A stretch of 64,000 nt of DNA from Hypanus sabinus (taxonomy: Eukaryota), in NCBI RefSeq assembly GCF_030144855.1, contig NC_082717.1:67828001-67892000 (forward strand). Direction: 5' to 3'. Made by a program: the position numbers and the translations under genes. Of this stretch, positions 12,937 to 26,407 are shown one piece after another. The notes under the pieces are model-generated. The model worked only from the letters and a program-made list of their open reading frames with translations. It did not search any database and was not told the DNA's origin. Each line of letters opens with the position of its first letter. Position 1 is the first letter of the stretch.

Positions 12937-13530
12937 TCCTCCTAAAACAACTGCTGGTCCAGAAGCAAAATATACCGCTGGAAGAACTCGGCGGTTCAAG
13001 CAACATCTGTGTAGGCAAACAGAGTGTTGGCATTTCTGATTGTGATCCAGCACCAAAGACTGAGAATGTACAGGGAATAAAGCCAGTGCATAGAAGGGAG
13101 GAGTTGTCGAGATAGAGACTAGTGGGTAGTAGGTGGGACCAGAAGATGAGTGGATGAAGGATCAGACTTAGGTAGGGAAGGGGTAGTGTTCAGATAGAGG
13201 CTGATACATGTAAATACTAAGTTCAATTAGATAAGGAAGGAATATGGACAAATGGAACCAAGTGGGGGAGGGTAACAAGACTAGATTATGAGGGAAAATG
13301 TGAACAAAGGGAGAAAAAAACCTAACTAGATTGGTGGGAGTGGGAAAGGAACACAAGGGTTATAGATGATCTAAAAATTGAAAAAATTATTACTCATACC
13401 ATTGGTTTATAGGCTACTTGAGTGGAATATAAGGCGTTGCTCTACTAGTTAAAATTTGGCTGTACTTTAGCAGTGTGGAAGGCAGAGAACAGACAAGTCA
13501 ACGTGGGATTGGGCAGGGGACTTGAAATAA
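12937..13530 (-). mobile_element. Penelope-like element remnant (GIY-YIG C-terminus plus pLTR)
   Basis: Reverse strand encodes degenerate 'LVEQRLIFHSSSL.TNGM'; homologous to 24808-25236 and 60889-61474. Confidence 0.65.
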
Positions 13531-14723
13531 CAAAAAACTGTTGGATGAGGGTATAGAATTGTTACTTTTCTAGTATTTTCCTTGTAGTTTAACTTTCCTA
13601 TGCTTGATTGTATTTTAATATAATTACCTATATACATGTAATTGTTGCAGTAATTACCATACAGTTGCTTTTGTATTTTTCTAGAGACATCTTAGCTTTC
13701 AGAAACAAATGTCATACTCCTTGAATCTGGTGGTTTTGTGGGTTAATTGTAATCAATCGAACTTTGTTATCTTTAGCCTGTGTATGAGGCCACCACAACT
13801 ACTTTTTCTTTGTCTTTCCTCTTTTTGTTTGTTTTCTGCTCTTGTAAGACATAATAAAACAATAATAACCAACAAGTTGTATGCCTCATTCTTGATTTCA
13901 AATAGCCTTTGGATCACATAAGTATCAGGATCCAAAAAGCTGAAGACAGAGAGTAGGTGAGGGTGGGGAAGGAAGAACGTGACTGGCCCATTAAACCGGA
14001 TGGCATGTCCCAGATGTCCCAGATTCGTGATGAGCCACCACCTCAAGAAAGTGGCAAAATGTAAAAAGAGTTGAAAGATTGCACAGTCTCAGCCCAAAAC
14101 ATGAAACAGCTGCCGTTGAACCTGCAGCGTTCTTCCTGCAGGTTATGTTTTTCCCCATAGTTTCTTATGGCCACTGCTAAACCAAAAGCTCCGGGAGCTC
14201 CTGATTTACAGCAGCAACTACAAATATGATCAGATTCTTTTAGGTAAAAGTCCTACAGGCTTCTGTGAGCAGAACTACTCCAGACAACATTACCTGAGGG
14301 CAGCTGACGGCAATTGCCAGCAGCACTCCCACAGGTTAACAATACTAGTACCATGCACAGTTGTGAAACAGGACTAAAAGAAGGCGTTTGCAAGGCACTG
14401 AGTTCATGCAAGTCTGATGGTGTCATTTGGCCCAGGTGTAAAGTTATTTGTGACATTTACACCTGTTTCACCTGAGAGGTCCTGAAACCAGGGTTAATGC
14501 CCCCTGGAGCTTACATGGTGGAATCGAAGCACCTCAGGTGAAAAACAAACATGTTTATTGTTCTTTCTCCTGCTAAATACCTTCTACCCAGTTTGAAAGT
14601 GTGAAGAGTAACGAAGGCTAATGAACAGCCAAATTACTTCCAAGCCCAGTCTGAATTAAATGCTGCTCATGGCTAGACAATGATTGAAATGGTTTGTACA
14701 GAGCTGTGGAGTTGAGTCTTGCA

Positions 14724-15012
14724 GATATACAACATGGAAGTGACCCCCTGGGTCAGCTCATTAGGTCTGTGCTGACCATTTTTACACTAATTCTGCTGTA
14801 ATCCAGTTTACTCTCACCACATACCCATCATCTCCCTCCATGTTCGGCCATTCATCTACATGGTAGGGACATTGTTCCTAGTTACCCTGCTTTGTAGATG
14901 TGGGAGGACACTGGTGCATTCAGAGGAAACCCACATAACCACAGTCAGGATGTGCAAATTCCTTACAGACAGTCCTGATGAGGCAGCAACTCTACAGGCT
15001 GAGCCACTGTGA
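14724..15012 (-). mobile_element. HE1-type V-SINE with CR1-derived tail
   Basis: V-core 'gatgtgggaggacactggtgcattcagaggaaacccacataaccacag...tgtgcaaattccttacagacag'. Confidence 0.7.
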
Positions 15013-15327
15013 CATCCATAAATTCAGACACCATCTTCACTGTCATTATGTCTTTGAGATGATCTTGTATTTATATTTTAATGAGGAAAGTGCTGAAACT
15101 GCTGTTTGTATTTCAACACATCTTTCTTTTTAGCCTTCTCTGCTGCAATCAAGGGAAATTATGGGAACTCTGAACCTAAACTACTGCTGTGGCATAAAAT
15201 ATTCTGAAAATCCTATGATTGGTCTATTGAGGACTCCGTGAATTTATTATGATGCATTAAGTCAAAATTATAGCTCAACAAACTTCCTAGCATTGAAAAA
15301 TATTTTTATAGTGTGTTATTATTTTAG

Positions 15328-16345
15328 CATCAGTATCAGGTTTAATATCACCAGTATATGTCATGAAATTTGTTAACTTAGCAGCAGCAGTACTACGCAA
15401 TACATTAATATAGAAAAATTAAGTAATTCAATTACAGAAAGTATATATGTATATGCATATTTAATAGTTAAATTAAAAATAGTGCATAAACAGAAATAAT
15501 ATTTTAAAAATGAGGTAGTGTCCAAGGGTTCAATGTCCATTTAGGAATCAGATGGCAGAGGGGAAGAAGCTGTTCCTGAATCACTGAGTGTGTACCCTCA
15601 GGCTCCTGTACCTCTACCTGACAGTAACAATGACAAGGAGACATGTCCTGGGTAATGGGGGCCTTTCTGACGCACTGTTCCTTGAAGGTGTCTTGGGGAT
15701 TACGGAGGCTAGTACCCAAGATGGAGCTGACTTATTTTACAACTTTCTGTAGCTTCCTTAGATCCTGTGCATTAGTTCCCGCCCCCCCCCCCCCCCATGC
15801 CCGACAGTGATGCAACCTGTCAGAATGCTCTCCATGATACGTGGAGACATTTTTGAGTGTTTTGGATCACAAACCAAACATCCTCAAACTCCTGATGAAA
15901 TATAGCTGCATTGATATGTTGGGCCTAGGTTAGACTGCCAGAGATCTTGATGCCAAGGATCTTGAAATTGCTCTCTCTCTCCACTTCTGATCCCTCTATG
16001 AAGATTGGTTCATGTTCCCTCATCTTACCCTTCCTGAAGTCCACAATCAGCTCATCAGCTCTTTGGTCTTACTGACAATGAGTGCAAGGTTGTTGCTGCA
16101 AAACCATTCAACTAGCTGGTATATCTTGCTCCTGTACACTCCCTCATCTCCATCTGTGATTCTATCAGCAATGGTTGTATCATCAGCAAATTTGAAGATG
16201 GCATTTGAGCTTTGCCTAGCCACACAGACATGGATATAGAAAGAGTAGAGCAGTGGGCTAAGCACACATCCCTGAGGTGTGCCTGTGCTGATTGCCAGCG
16301 AGGAGGAGATATTATTACCAATCCACACAGATTGTGGCCTTCCAT
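15328..16345 (-). mobile_element. Rex1/Babar-type LINE, 5'-truncated
   Basis: RT motifs TGTPQGCVLSPLLYS...KFADDTT...WFCSNNLALIVSKTKEL (ORF 16047-16328). Confidence 0.9.
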
Positions 16346-18033
16346 GATATTTTAAGTATAAAGCATTTTAAAATAAAGTTTTTAAAATGATTCCTGATAT
16401 TTCCACTTCCATTTGAATCACCTATATTATTCTGTCTGTATTTACCATTGTATAATATTTGAAATATTTCTTATTTGTCAGATAAATGTCTGAAATGAAA
16501 GAATTTGCGAGTTGATGGGGAGGAGTTACAGGGCTAAATGGCTTGACCTCTCATAGAGCTAGCATAGACTTGATGGGCTGAATAGCCTCTTTTGTGTTGC
16601 AACTATTTTGTATCTCTCATTCCTGGCATGCTTTCTATGTGAACTGTTTTAATGTGATAATGATAGAGATATCTTAGTTTGATGTCCAACAGCAGCAGAG
16701 TGTTAGAGAGAGAAAGTTTCTGCTACAGTGAGTGCAGGATCTTTGTAGGGGGCTTTCTTCAATGTCAGTGAACATGTCATTGCTTTGGCACCAAGTGCAC
16801 ATTCTGGCTCAATAAATACAAGTTAAATTCTTGGGCCTCTGCATTTCATGTGCCACAAAGTAAGGAATTCACATTCTTTTGTGATTTAAGTACATATTTG
16901 GAAATATATTTTTGAGAATGGAAATTTAAACTATCGAGTCCCAAATGCATTATTATAATGTCACCGTGGGAGTGAAGGATTTGTAATTTAGGATGCAGAA
17001 CAGGTATCACCTCAGGAACTCCACAGCATCCCTCTTCATGCTCTTGCTTATGAAAACCATGGCACAGAGCCACTGTACTCAGATGCATAATTATTTGAAA
17101 TGAACAATTGGACAAGTTTAGTATCCACAAATCCCAGCTGAGATAACCTTCCCATTGGTTGGCTAGTAGTGAAGTGGGAACACCACTGCTGCTAACTGGC
17201 AGGAAATTCTTTCCAGAGTCCTCAATTACTGTACATTATAGGTATGCGCAACTTTTGCCAACTAAGATAGATTACTCGAAAGAGGAAATCAGCAAATATT
17301 GTTCTGGCATAGCCTTCAAAAAGCAAAAAATCACATCTCTTCATGAACCATATTCATCAAGTCAAGAATTTCCCAGCATCTCTTGCTGTTCACTGCTAGC
17401 CTCAAATCTTGACTTCTGTGGTTCCCATTATTCCAACATGAGGGACCATGTCATCAAAGTGGCAAGATTTTCATTCTAATGTTCCCTATACAAACCTTTC
17501 CACTTCACTCCCACTTTTGTCTTTTGAAGTCCACCTTTGTCCAAAATACTGAACTAATAGCTTCATTTGTAACTCATTCAAATCTCTCCAATAAAAGACT
17601 TCAGGAACCTTGGAACATACTGCTATGTTATGGACATAATACAATTAGAAACTGTTGTTCAATGACTCCTGAGGCTGAATGGTATTATACCAATTCCCAC
17701 TTTGGTTGGTGGTAATTTAAAATGTGGTCATTTTTTTTTTAATTTTATGAATTCAGGTTTTTATTGTGTATTAGAAACCACAGTGATCTGAAAACAAATT
17801 TTGGGCTGGCCTAATCAAAATTCCCTTCATTCTGATACATTCCTTTCTCCAGGCCATTTATTAAACAATCCCAAAATTTGTGCAGAATCCCTCCTATTTG
17901 CATACTAACGCATCCTATCCAATTAGTTAATGGAGCACATTGGGTCAAGAGAATGATTATGAATAGTCATCTCCTTAAGAACAGATGCTGTTATCAGATT
18001 ACAATCATGCTCTCTCTCTTTACGTTCATTCGA

Positions 18034-18393
18034 GTCATAGGTCCATAGAGAGAATACTGCAACACAGAAACGGGCATTCTGGCCCATCTAGTCTGTGCTG
18101 AACTATTATTCTGCCTAGTCCCATTGACTTGCACATGACCACGGCCCTCCAAACCCCCATCCCATCCATGTACTCATCCAAACTTCATTCAAATATTCAA
18201 ATCAACCTCACATGCACCACTTCCTCTGGACGCTCGTTCCACACTCACATCGCCCTCTAAAGGAAGAAGTTCCCCATCAGATCCCCCTTAAATATTTCAC
18301 TTTTCACCCTTAACCTATGACCTCTGCTTCCAGTTTCACCCAAACTCTGAGGAAAATGTCTACTTTCATTAATCCAATCTATGCCCCTCATTA
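18034..18393 (-). mobile_element. CR1 LINE 3' fragment
   Basis: SRGHRLRVKSEIFKGDLMGNFF in ORF 18257-18496, plus tail. Confidence 0.8.
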
Positions 18394-20179
18394 TATCGCT
18401 TAAAGCAGCTGGAGTTGTGTCCTTTGCTAAAATGTCATTGTTCAAAATGGAATTTATGCCTTCTCCCTGTCCACAGCAAAGATTGCAGTTTTCCATCTTT
18501 TCCTGGCATGGCCTTCCCCTTGCAGCATCATGCTTGACTACCTAACTGAACTGGAAAATCTAACCTGTCCCAGTTGGCTCATTCTGCATTTATTCACAAG
18601 TTTGGCTCACAAGTGGAATTGAAAGGAAATTTCAGAGCTGCTGCTGCCTCTTGAATAATTTCTGTTTGGCGGAGCACAAAACATTACTGTGTAATCCACA
18701 GAGAATCTTTCCCAGCTCTATTGCAGGGACACAAAGTTAAATAGCCTTGCTGCCAGTTCAAGATCCTGCATTATTTTCATTTATTTCAGGCAGGCAGCGA
18801 TGAGTGGGGGAAAGGGGAACCACAAAACAAATGATGATCTGTTCACATTGTCAGTCTTCGAAGCAGCACCTAGCCCAATCGACAGAATGAATTTCTGTCA
18901 GATTTGTTTGATATGGACAACCGACTCCACGTTGATGCTGAAGGAAAATGCACTTCACCTGGTGTTGGTTAGACAGGAGGTTAAAATTTAGTTGCGGCAC
19001 GGGTGTGATTCCCTTGGTCCACTGCTACGGTGGCAGCTGCTTTTTCTCTGAACTCCGGGTTGCAGCTACAGACCCCTTTCTTCCTGGCAGCGTTACATAC
19101 TGCCACTATTGTTTTCCTGTTTGTTCTTACTTCACCCCAACACTCCACCATTCACCTCACCTCCACTCGCCAGCATCTTGTGTTGTGCTCATACCTCCCC
19201 ACTCCTCCTACAACCTGTTGTTATCCATTAATGCACCAAGTGCTTCTCATCACCAGATGAACAATGAGTAGATGGCGCTCTACAGTATTGCATGCTGGGT
19301 AACCACGCCTGCATGATGTCGTGCCCTCAAACTCCAGATCCCCAACTACATCTAAACCAGCACCTCATTGAAAAGATTTAGCCGAATCACTCTCTCCAAG
19401 CCTTGGTCTCTGATTGGTTGGAATGCATCTGACTTTGTTCAAGAAAACTTTCTAATGATATATTGTTCAAATTTTCACTTGTCTCCATTAATTCCTGCAT
19501 GACATAGTTCTGAAATGCCAAATCAAATCATCTTTCTTATATTAAATGAGGAAAAGTTTCAATTTTTCCCAGTTTCCTTAACATTTTTGCCTTGTGCAGA
19601 AAATAATAAAAAGTATACTATGCACCCGGCAATCATTTAGCAACTACCCTGTGACACACCGACTCCATCTTTTTTATTCCAACGGTGGACCTTCCTACTA
19701 TACCCACTCTCAGCTCTCACAGATTCCCACTTGTTCTCAGGCTACTTCCTAAACCCCCATTACCTTTTGTCCTGCTTTACCCACTCATCACTTGTTGATT
19801 CCTCTTGTTCTCCTTTTCTTGTAAAAATCGTGTATCATTTATGTTTATGTTTTTGTGATCACTGCACATATGATGCCATGTACCATGATGTTGCCTCAAC
19901 CAAGATCTTCATGGCACCTCTGGGTACATGTACTTGTGCATATGACAATAAGCTCGTCTTTGACTTTGTTGCTGATTGCAGATCTTTCGTTCTTTGCAAT
20001 TCTTGTTTCGTTTTGTTTCCTTGACCTTTGATGTCTTCATTCACTCTCAACTCACTTCTTTTTACCTTCACTCAGCACTCTTTGCATCGTCCCCTGTCAG
20101 CTCTTACTGATGTGTCTACCCTTGCCTGTCTTTGCTTCATTTACTCCTACTTGACTTGCTACAACAACTAGCTTACCCA

Positions 20180-20610
20180 AGACACAGGAAATGACAAGGC
20201 ATCATGGTCACAGCTCCGCACATCACGGAAAACAGCAACCCTCCCGTGGACTCTGTCTACACTTCTTCCTTCTTCAAAGACCCCTCCCACCTCAAACATT
20301 CTCTCCTCCTCCATCCATCGAGCAGAAGATAGAAAACCTTGAAAACACTTACCACTAGGCTCAAGGACAACTTATATCACACTAAGACCATTGCATGGAC
20401 CTCGTGTAGGATAAGATGGATCTTGGCCTCACATCCTACCTCATTATGGCCTTGCCTGCCAGGACTTCCTAAGTAACGGTAATGCTATATTCTGTTATTG
20501 TTTTCCTTTGTACCAGCTTGATGTACTGATGTGGTGAAATGATCTGTGTGGATGGCATGGAAAGCCAAGCCTTTAATTGTACTTTATTTACGTATAACAA
20601 TAATAAACCC
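20180..20610 (+). mobile_element. Rex1/Babar-type LINE 3' fragment
   Basis: 'aaagacccctcccac...accactaggctcaaggacaac...aacaataataaacc'; similar to 62142-63320. Confidence 0.6.
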
Positions 20611-22657
20611 ATGAATTACCCATTACTGGCTTTGCAATCTCTGTTCTAATGGACTCCTGCTCTGCTTCAGTCAGGTCTCTTCTTCTGGACCTGTTCTGTG
20701 TTCTCCACTCTCCCTGCATTCTGCTGCTTCCTAGACCCTTCCTTTTAGTCCAGATGAGGGGAGTTGATACGAAACATTAAGAATTCCTTTCCTCCTACAG
20801 ATGTGCTCAACCCACTGTGTTCCTCAAACAGATTGTTTGTCACTCCAAGTTCCTGCATCTGCAATCTCTTGTTCTCCTTCCATTTATACCTCAGCACTCA
20901 GCGTTGAACTGAATCACTTGGTTTTGAAATTCCCTGATGAGAGATCAGTCATATTAGAAGGGGGGGCATTTCACACAATAAGGCATTGAACTTAGGTTTT
21001 CTTACCCATTCTCAGGTGCATCACAGAGGCAAACCACATACAATGATTGGCTAGGCTTACTGAATTCAAGTTTTACCTAAAATATTTGATTAAGCTACAG
21101 TTAAATTCTTGGTCATGAAGTGGAGGCGAAACCTTAAAACTGTGGCATTTACACATTTAATTGAAAATACTTTGGTGATGCGGTAATGATATTGTCAATA
21201 ATATCTGGAATAAGCAGTATTTGTTCTAATGTGTCAACACTTTGGTGAATTGCTATGCCATGTAGATCAGTATTGTGCAGAAATGCATCAATCTCTAATG
21301 ATTTTGAATAAATTTAAGCCAGAATGATCAAAAATTAATTAATATGCCACGGAATCAGGCATCTATATTGTGTCTCTGATTGGCACAATCAGGTCTGAAT
21401 TCCAAAAATATTAACAATAATACCTGAACTCTTTCAGCCTAAAGCTCAAATTAAATGTATTGTTCAGCTTCACTGACAATAGACTGAAGCTATAGGTTAA
21501 AATATTTCATATAATTGAAGATAGGCTCGGTTCATACTTCTCTTCATTTGTTATTAATTCTTACAGCAATGAAAACCTTCAGTCACCATGATCTTCCATT
21601 TTGTGGGAAAAGAGTGGGTTTAGAGCATTCTTTATAATAATATTCTCCCTTTTCTGAAAACAACCAGCATTTTATTTTACCCATAAAGTATTCTGATTTT
21701 GTGGACTCCAGACCCCTGCAGGCTTCTGAACATCTAAAAAGGACGTGTATGCATTTCGAGGTTGATGGGTGATGTCTGCTATTCTGCATAGACCATCTGC
21801 CCCAAACTACCATTTTTTTTTGTGTAGAGCTGCAAGATCTGAAAGTAAGCATGTCAGTTTTACTGTGTGCTGTAGTAGTTTCTTCTACTCAATGACAGAG
21901 CCACTGGATTCATTTAAAAGATGAAGAAATTCTACTTGTAGCAAATTTTTGAGTATCATGGGAACTGATATATAATGAGCTCAATGTAACATTCTTTTCC
22001 TTTCAGCCTATTTGGTTCTGCAGCAATGTGTAGCTTTTTCACCCTGTACGGAGTATAATAAGCTAGTTTATACATATTTAACGTGATTACTTTATATCTG
22101 CAGTGTTCTAGAATTATATAAAATATATCATACAATCTTAATATTATAGTATGATAATAGTATGATCATTAATATTTTTATATAACTCATTGTCCAAATG
22201 CAACAGCTATTTTTCCCTCAAGTATTTAGACATGTTCTGTACCTTAGCAGATAGAATCATTACCTACATAAACACATTAATTAGAAATGTTGCTGATAGA
22301 AAATAGAGAATCCTGTGCCTTTCAGCAAGTACATTAGGGAAAGGAATTCCTGCACTAACAAACGCAACAGATTCTTGCAACATAGTCCATGTGTCAAACT
22401 TCATCCTTAAGATGAAATATCCAACAACTGAAATCTTTGTCCCACTGAACAAAGGATGTTTAATTGTAGTCGAGGGACAAGGATTCACCAAATGCATTAG
22501 GAGTTTGTTGTGCTGTGCTGGTCAGGGCATGAAATGCAACTAAACAACATTCAGCAATATTAAGGAATAAACAATATGGAATACAACAAGTATACAGTAA
22601 GTCAATACCAGCACATATAATAATATATAATACCAGAATGTTTAATATGAACAACAT

Positions 22658-23195
22658 GGTTGGTGGGCCTTTATTTGGAGTATTGCCTGCAGTTCAGGTC
22701 ACCTAACTACAGGAAAGAAATTAGTAAGATTGAAAGAGTGCAAAGAAAATTTACAAGAATGGTGCCAGGACTTGAGGACCTGAATTATAGGGAAAGGTTG
22801 AAAAGTTTAGGGCTTTATTTCCTAGAGCGTAAGAGATTGAGGGGAGATTTGACAGAGGCAAAACAATAAGAGGTGTGGATAGTAAATGCAAGCAGGCTTT
22901 TTCCACTGAGGTTAGGTGAGACTAGAATTAGAGATCATAGCTAAAAGTGAAAGGTGAGACGCTTATGAGGAACGTGAAGAGAAACATCTTCACTCAGAGG
23001 GTGGTGAGAGAGTGGAATGAGCTACCAGCATCTTCAGTAGGTTCAATTTTAATATTGACCTGAAATTTGGATAGGTACATGGATGGGAGAGGTTGAAGGG
23101 CCATGGTCCAGGTGTGGGTCCTTGGGACTAGGCAGAGAAATAGTTTGGCATGAAGCAGGTGGCCAAAGGTCCTGGTTCCATGCTGTAGTGATTTA
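22658..23195 (+). mobile_element. CR1 LINE 3' fragment
   Basis: LEYCLQFRSPNYRKEISKIERVQRKFTRMVPGL...LRGDL. Confidence 0.9.
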
Positions 23196-23842
23196 TAACT
23201 TAATAACTCTATGCTCTTGATGATGGCACAAGCATATGGGCAGAAACTCATTTCAGGATCAAGGCTGTGTACAGGAAAAGAACTGTGAAATACATCTTGG
23301 ATGGAGACACTAAATGAGTGGAATCAGATCTGTTGGCAGTAATACAGCTTGTATGAAATTGAATATCGGATGGGAAATGTAACAAGCTCCAGCTGCATTG
23401 CTGCTCATTTTGTGCCTCTGAAAAAATTGCTGGGTAAAGTATTGAAAGAGCAAGAAAAACAAAACTAAAGTATAAAAAGAGGGCTGGATTTGTGCCAGGT
23501 TTTTAAATAATAAATGTCAAAATAGATAGCATTGCTTACAAAATAATACTAACATAATTTTAGGAAGTCTTCTCTTTCAAACTAAATATATAGGGGATTC
23601 TATTTTTATATTTCCAATGCCCCTTGCAGGTTTGATCCATGAGAATTGGATAGGCAAGATGAATTGAAATGCAGATGTATATTTAGTACTTCCAATGTCA
23701 TTTTACTGTGTCGAATGCATATATAATCCAAAGATGCTGTCCCATGCTTTGTTGGCCTACTTATCAGGTAAGTTCCAAAATTAGCCAAACTCGTTCATGC
23801 ACTGATTAGACTATTAAGGTTTCCTGAGATGCTGAGTGCAAT

Positions 23843-24290
23843 AAGAACATAAGAAATAGGAGCAGGATTAGACCATCTGTGCCCGTGTGATGGCTCTGCC
23901 ATTCAATCGATCTCTTCCCCAGCTCCAGTTGACTGCACTAATTCCACATCACCTGATTCCTGCAAAGTCCTGAGATCTATTGATTCTCCTGAATGTTGTC
24001 AGTGCCTGAGACTTCACACCATTCCACAGCAGAGAACTTCAAAGATTCAGCCTAAGAAGAAATTGCATCTCAGTTCCTTAGTTTGAGATTGTGACCCCTA
24101 GTTCAAGACATCTGTACCCACACTGTAAAGTATGTCAAGAATTTTGCAGGTTTTAATATTACCACCTTTCAATTTACTGAAGCCTAGAAATTACTTAATC
24201 TATTTATAATAAACCACCATCAATCAGCACACTCACTCTATTACAGGTATATCGTTTCTTAGTTATAGAGACTAATCCTGGATAGAATAT
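23843..24290 (-). mobile_element. Old CR1 LINE 3' fragment
   Basis: Reverse tail 'aagaacataagaaataggagcagga'. Confidence 0.6.
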
Positions 24291-24807
24291 CATCAGGATC
24301 AAACTTGCCGGCGATTACTGTACAGTATTTTCTGTAATAAGTTGCACACAAGACCTCCTGCAAAAAATATAGAATGTCATTTCACCTCCTATTTAGAATT
24401 GTAGGCTGACTATTAATGAAACCTCGGGACAGCACACTACACTCCAATCAGTGGCATGTTCTTACGTATGTATTGTATACTCTGTTACTACCTGATACAT
24501 AACCTAATTTGTTACCCCTCACTATCATCTTGTTTTTTTTTTACTTTTAATTTTCTAAATTTTCCCTTGGCCTGATTTCTGCCCCCATCTAGTTACACTA
24601 AAGGCTTTACCCCAGAAAATTAAATCACCAAGGCACTAGTCCCAAGTTGATTTAAACAAAGCCCATCTCAGTGGGACCACTTCCATTTTACGCAATACTG
24701 GTAGCAGTAAGAGAACACCATTTATAGAATAGAATGTCTTTCTAACAGGAAGTACATTTGAACATGAGTATGTTTACATTTACTGTGGTGCACATTTAAT
24801 TTGATTG

Positions 24808-25236
24808 ACACACAAGAGACTTCAGATCCTGGAATCTGGAGCAAACAAAATCTGCTGGAAGAACTCAGTGGATCAAGCTGGGAGGAAAGAAATTGTCAAC
24901 ATTTCTGGCAAAAAACCCACGTTATGACTGAGAGGGGAGAGGTGAGGTGGCCAGCATATAAACGGGAAGGAGAGTGGGAAGGGAACTGTTAAACTGGTGA
25001 ACTACAGAGGGGTGTAGTGCCAGATATGGGAGATGAGTAGGGTTGAATTTGGAAGATTGTGGCAGGGTGGGCGGTTACCTAAAATTAGAAAACTCAATAT
25101 CCATGCCTTTGAGTTGTAGACTACTCAGACAGAATATATGGTGTTGTTTTTCCAGTTTATGTTAAGCTTCATCATGGCAGTAGAGAAGGGAATGGATAGA
25201 CAGATCAGAGTGTGACTAGGAAGGGGAGTTAAAATG
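24808..25236 (-). mobile_element. Penelope-like element remnant
   Basis: Reverse strand HFNSPS...KLEKQHHIFCLSSLQLKGMDIEFSNFR* plus pLTR. Confidence 0.75.
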
Positions 25237-25245
25237 TGTGTGAGC

Positions 25246-25735
25246 AACATAACATAAGAAAGAGGAGCAGGAGTCGGCCATCTGGACCATCAAGCCTTTT
25301 CCACCATTCAATAAGATCATGGCTGATCTGGCCATGGACTCATCTCCACCTACCTTCCTTTTCCCCACAACACTTAATTCCCCTACCATGCAAAAATGTA
25401 TCCAACCTTGTCTTAAATATATTTACTGATGTAGCCTCCACTGTTTCATTAGGCAGAGAATTCCACAGATTCACCACTCTTTGGGAAAAGCAGTTCCTCC
25501 TCATCTCTATCTTAAATCTACTCCCCCGAAACTTGAAGCTTTGTCCCCTAGTTCTAGTCTCACCTACTGGCTTTCCTGTCTCTATCTATCCCTTTCATAA
25601 TTTTACGTGTTTCTGTAAGATCTCCTCTCATTCTTCTGAATTCCAGCAAGTACAGTCGCAGGCGAGTCAATCTGTCCTCATAGTCTAACCCCCTCATCTC
25701 TGGAATCAACCTGTGAACCTCCTCTGCACTGCCTC
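25246..25735 (-). mobile_element. CR1 3' end of a second family, fused to the long CR1
   Basis: EAVQRRFTG...RVVNLWNSLP; 3'UTR differs from the one at 26320-26407. Confidence 0.8.
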
Positions 25736-25759
25736 AATCCTATCAAATCCTTTAATTAT

Positions 25760-26407
25760 AGTGAAGAGGGCAAATGGAATGTTGGCATTTATTACAAGGG
25801 GAATTGAGTACAAGAGCAAGGATGTCCTTTTGCATTTGTACAGGGCCCTGGTGAGACTACACCTGGAATATAGTGTACAGTTTTGGTCTCCAGGTTTAAG
25901 GAAGGACATTCTGGCAATTGAGGAGGTGCAGCGTAGATTCACTAGGTTGATTCCTGGGATGGCAGGGCTGTCTTACGCAGAGAGATTGGAGAGATTGGGC
26001 TTGCACATGCTGGAATTGAGGAGATTGAGAGGGGATCAGTTTAAGATAATTAAAGGATTTGGTAGGATTGAGGCAGGAAATATGTTCCAGATGTTGGGAG
26101 AGTCCAGTACCAGAGGGCATGGATTGAGAATAAGAGGTCAGTTATTTAAAACAGAGTTGAGGAAGAGCTTCTTCTCCCAGAGAGTTGTGGAGGTGTGGAA
26201 TGCACTGCCTCGGAAGATGGTGGAGGCCAATTCTCTGGATGCTTTCAAGAAGGAGCTAGATAGATATCTGATGGATAGGGGAATCAAGGGATATGGGGAC
26301 AAGGCAGGGACTGGGTATTGATAGTGAATGATCAGCCATGATCTCAGAATGGCGGTGCAGACTCGAGGGGCCGAATGGTCTACTTCTGCACCTATTGTCT
26401 ATTGTCT
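25760..26407 (+). mobile_element. 5'-truncated CR1 of the same family, inverted inside the long copy
   Basis: VKRANGMLAFITRGIEYK...RVVEVWNALP...GDKAGTGY*; (ctattgt)n tail; ATTAT at 25755-25759 and 26408-26412. Confidence 0.9.

Noticed and set aside
25713-26321. 202-aa ORF as an independent gene
   Set aside because: It is CR1 ORF2 C-terminus extended by chance across the insertion junction.
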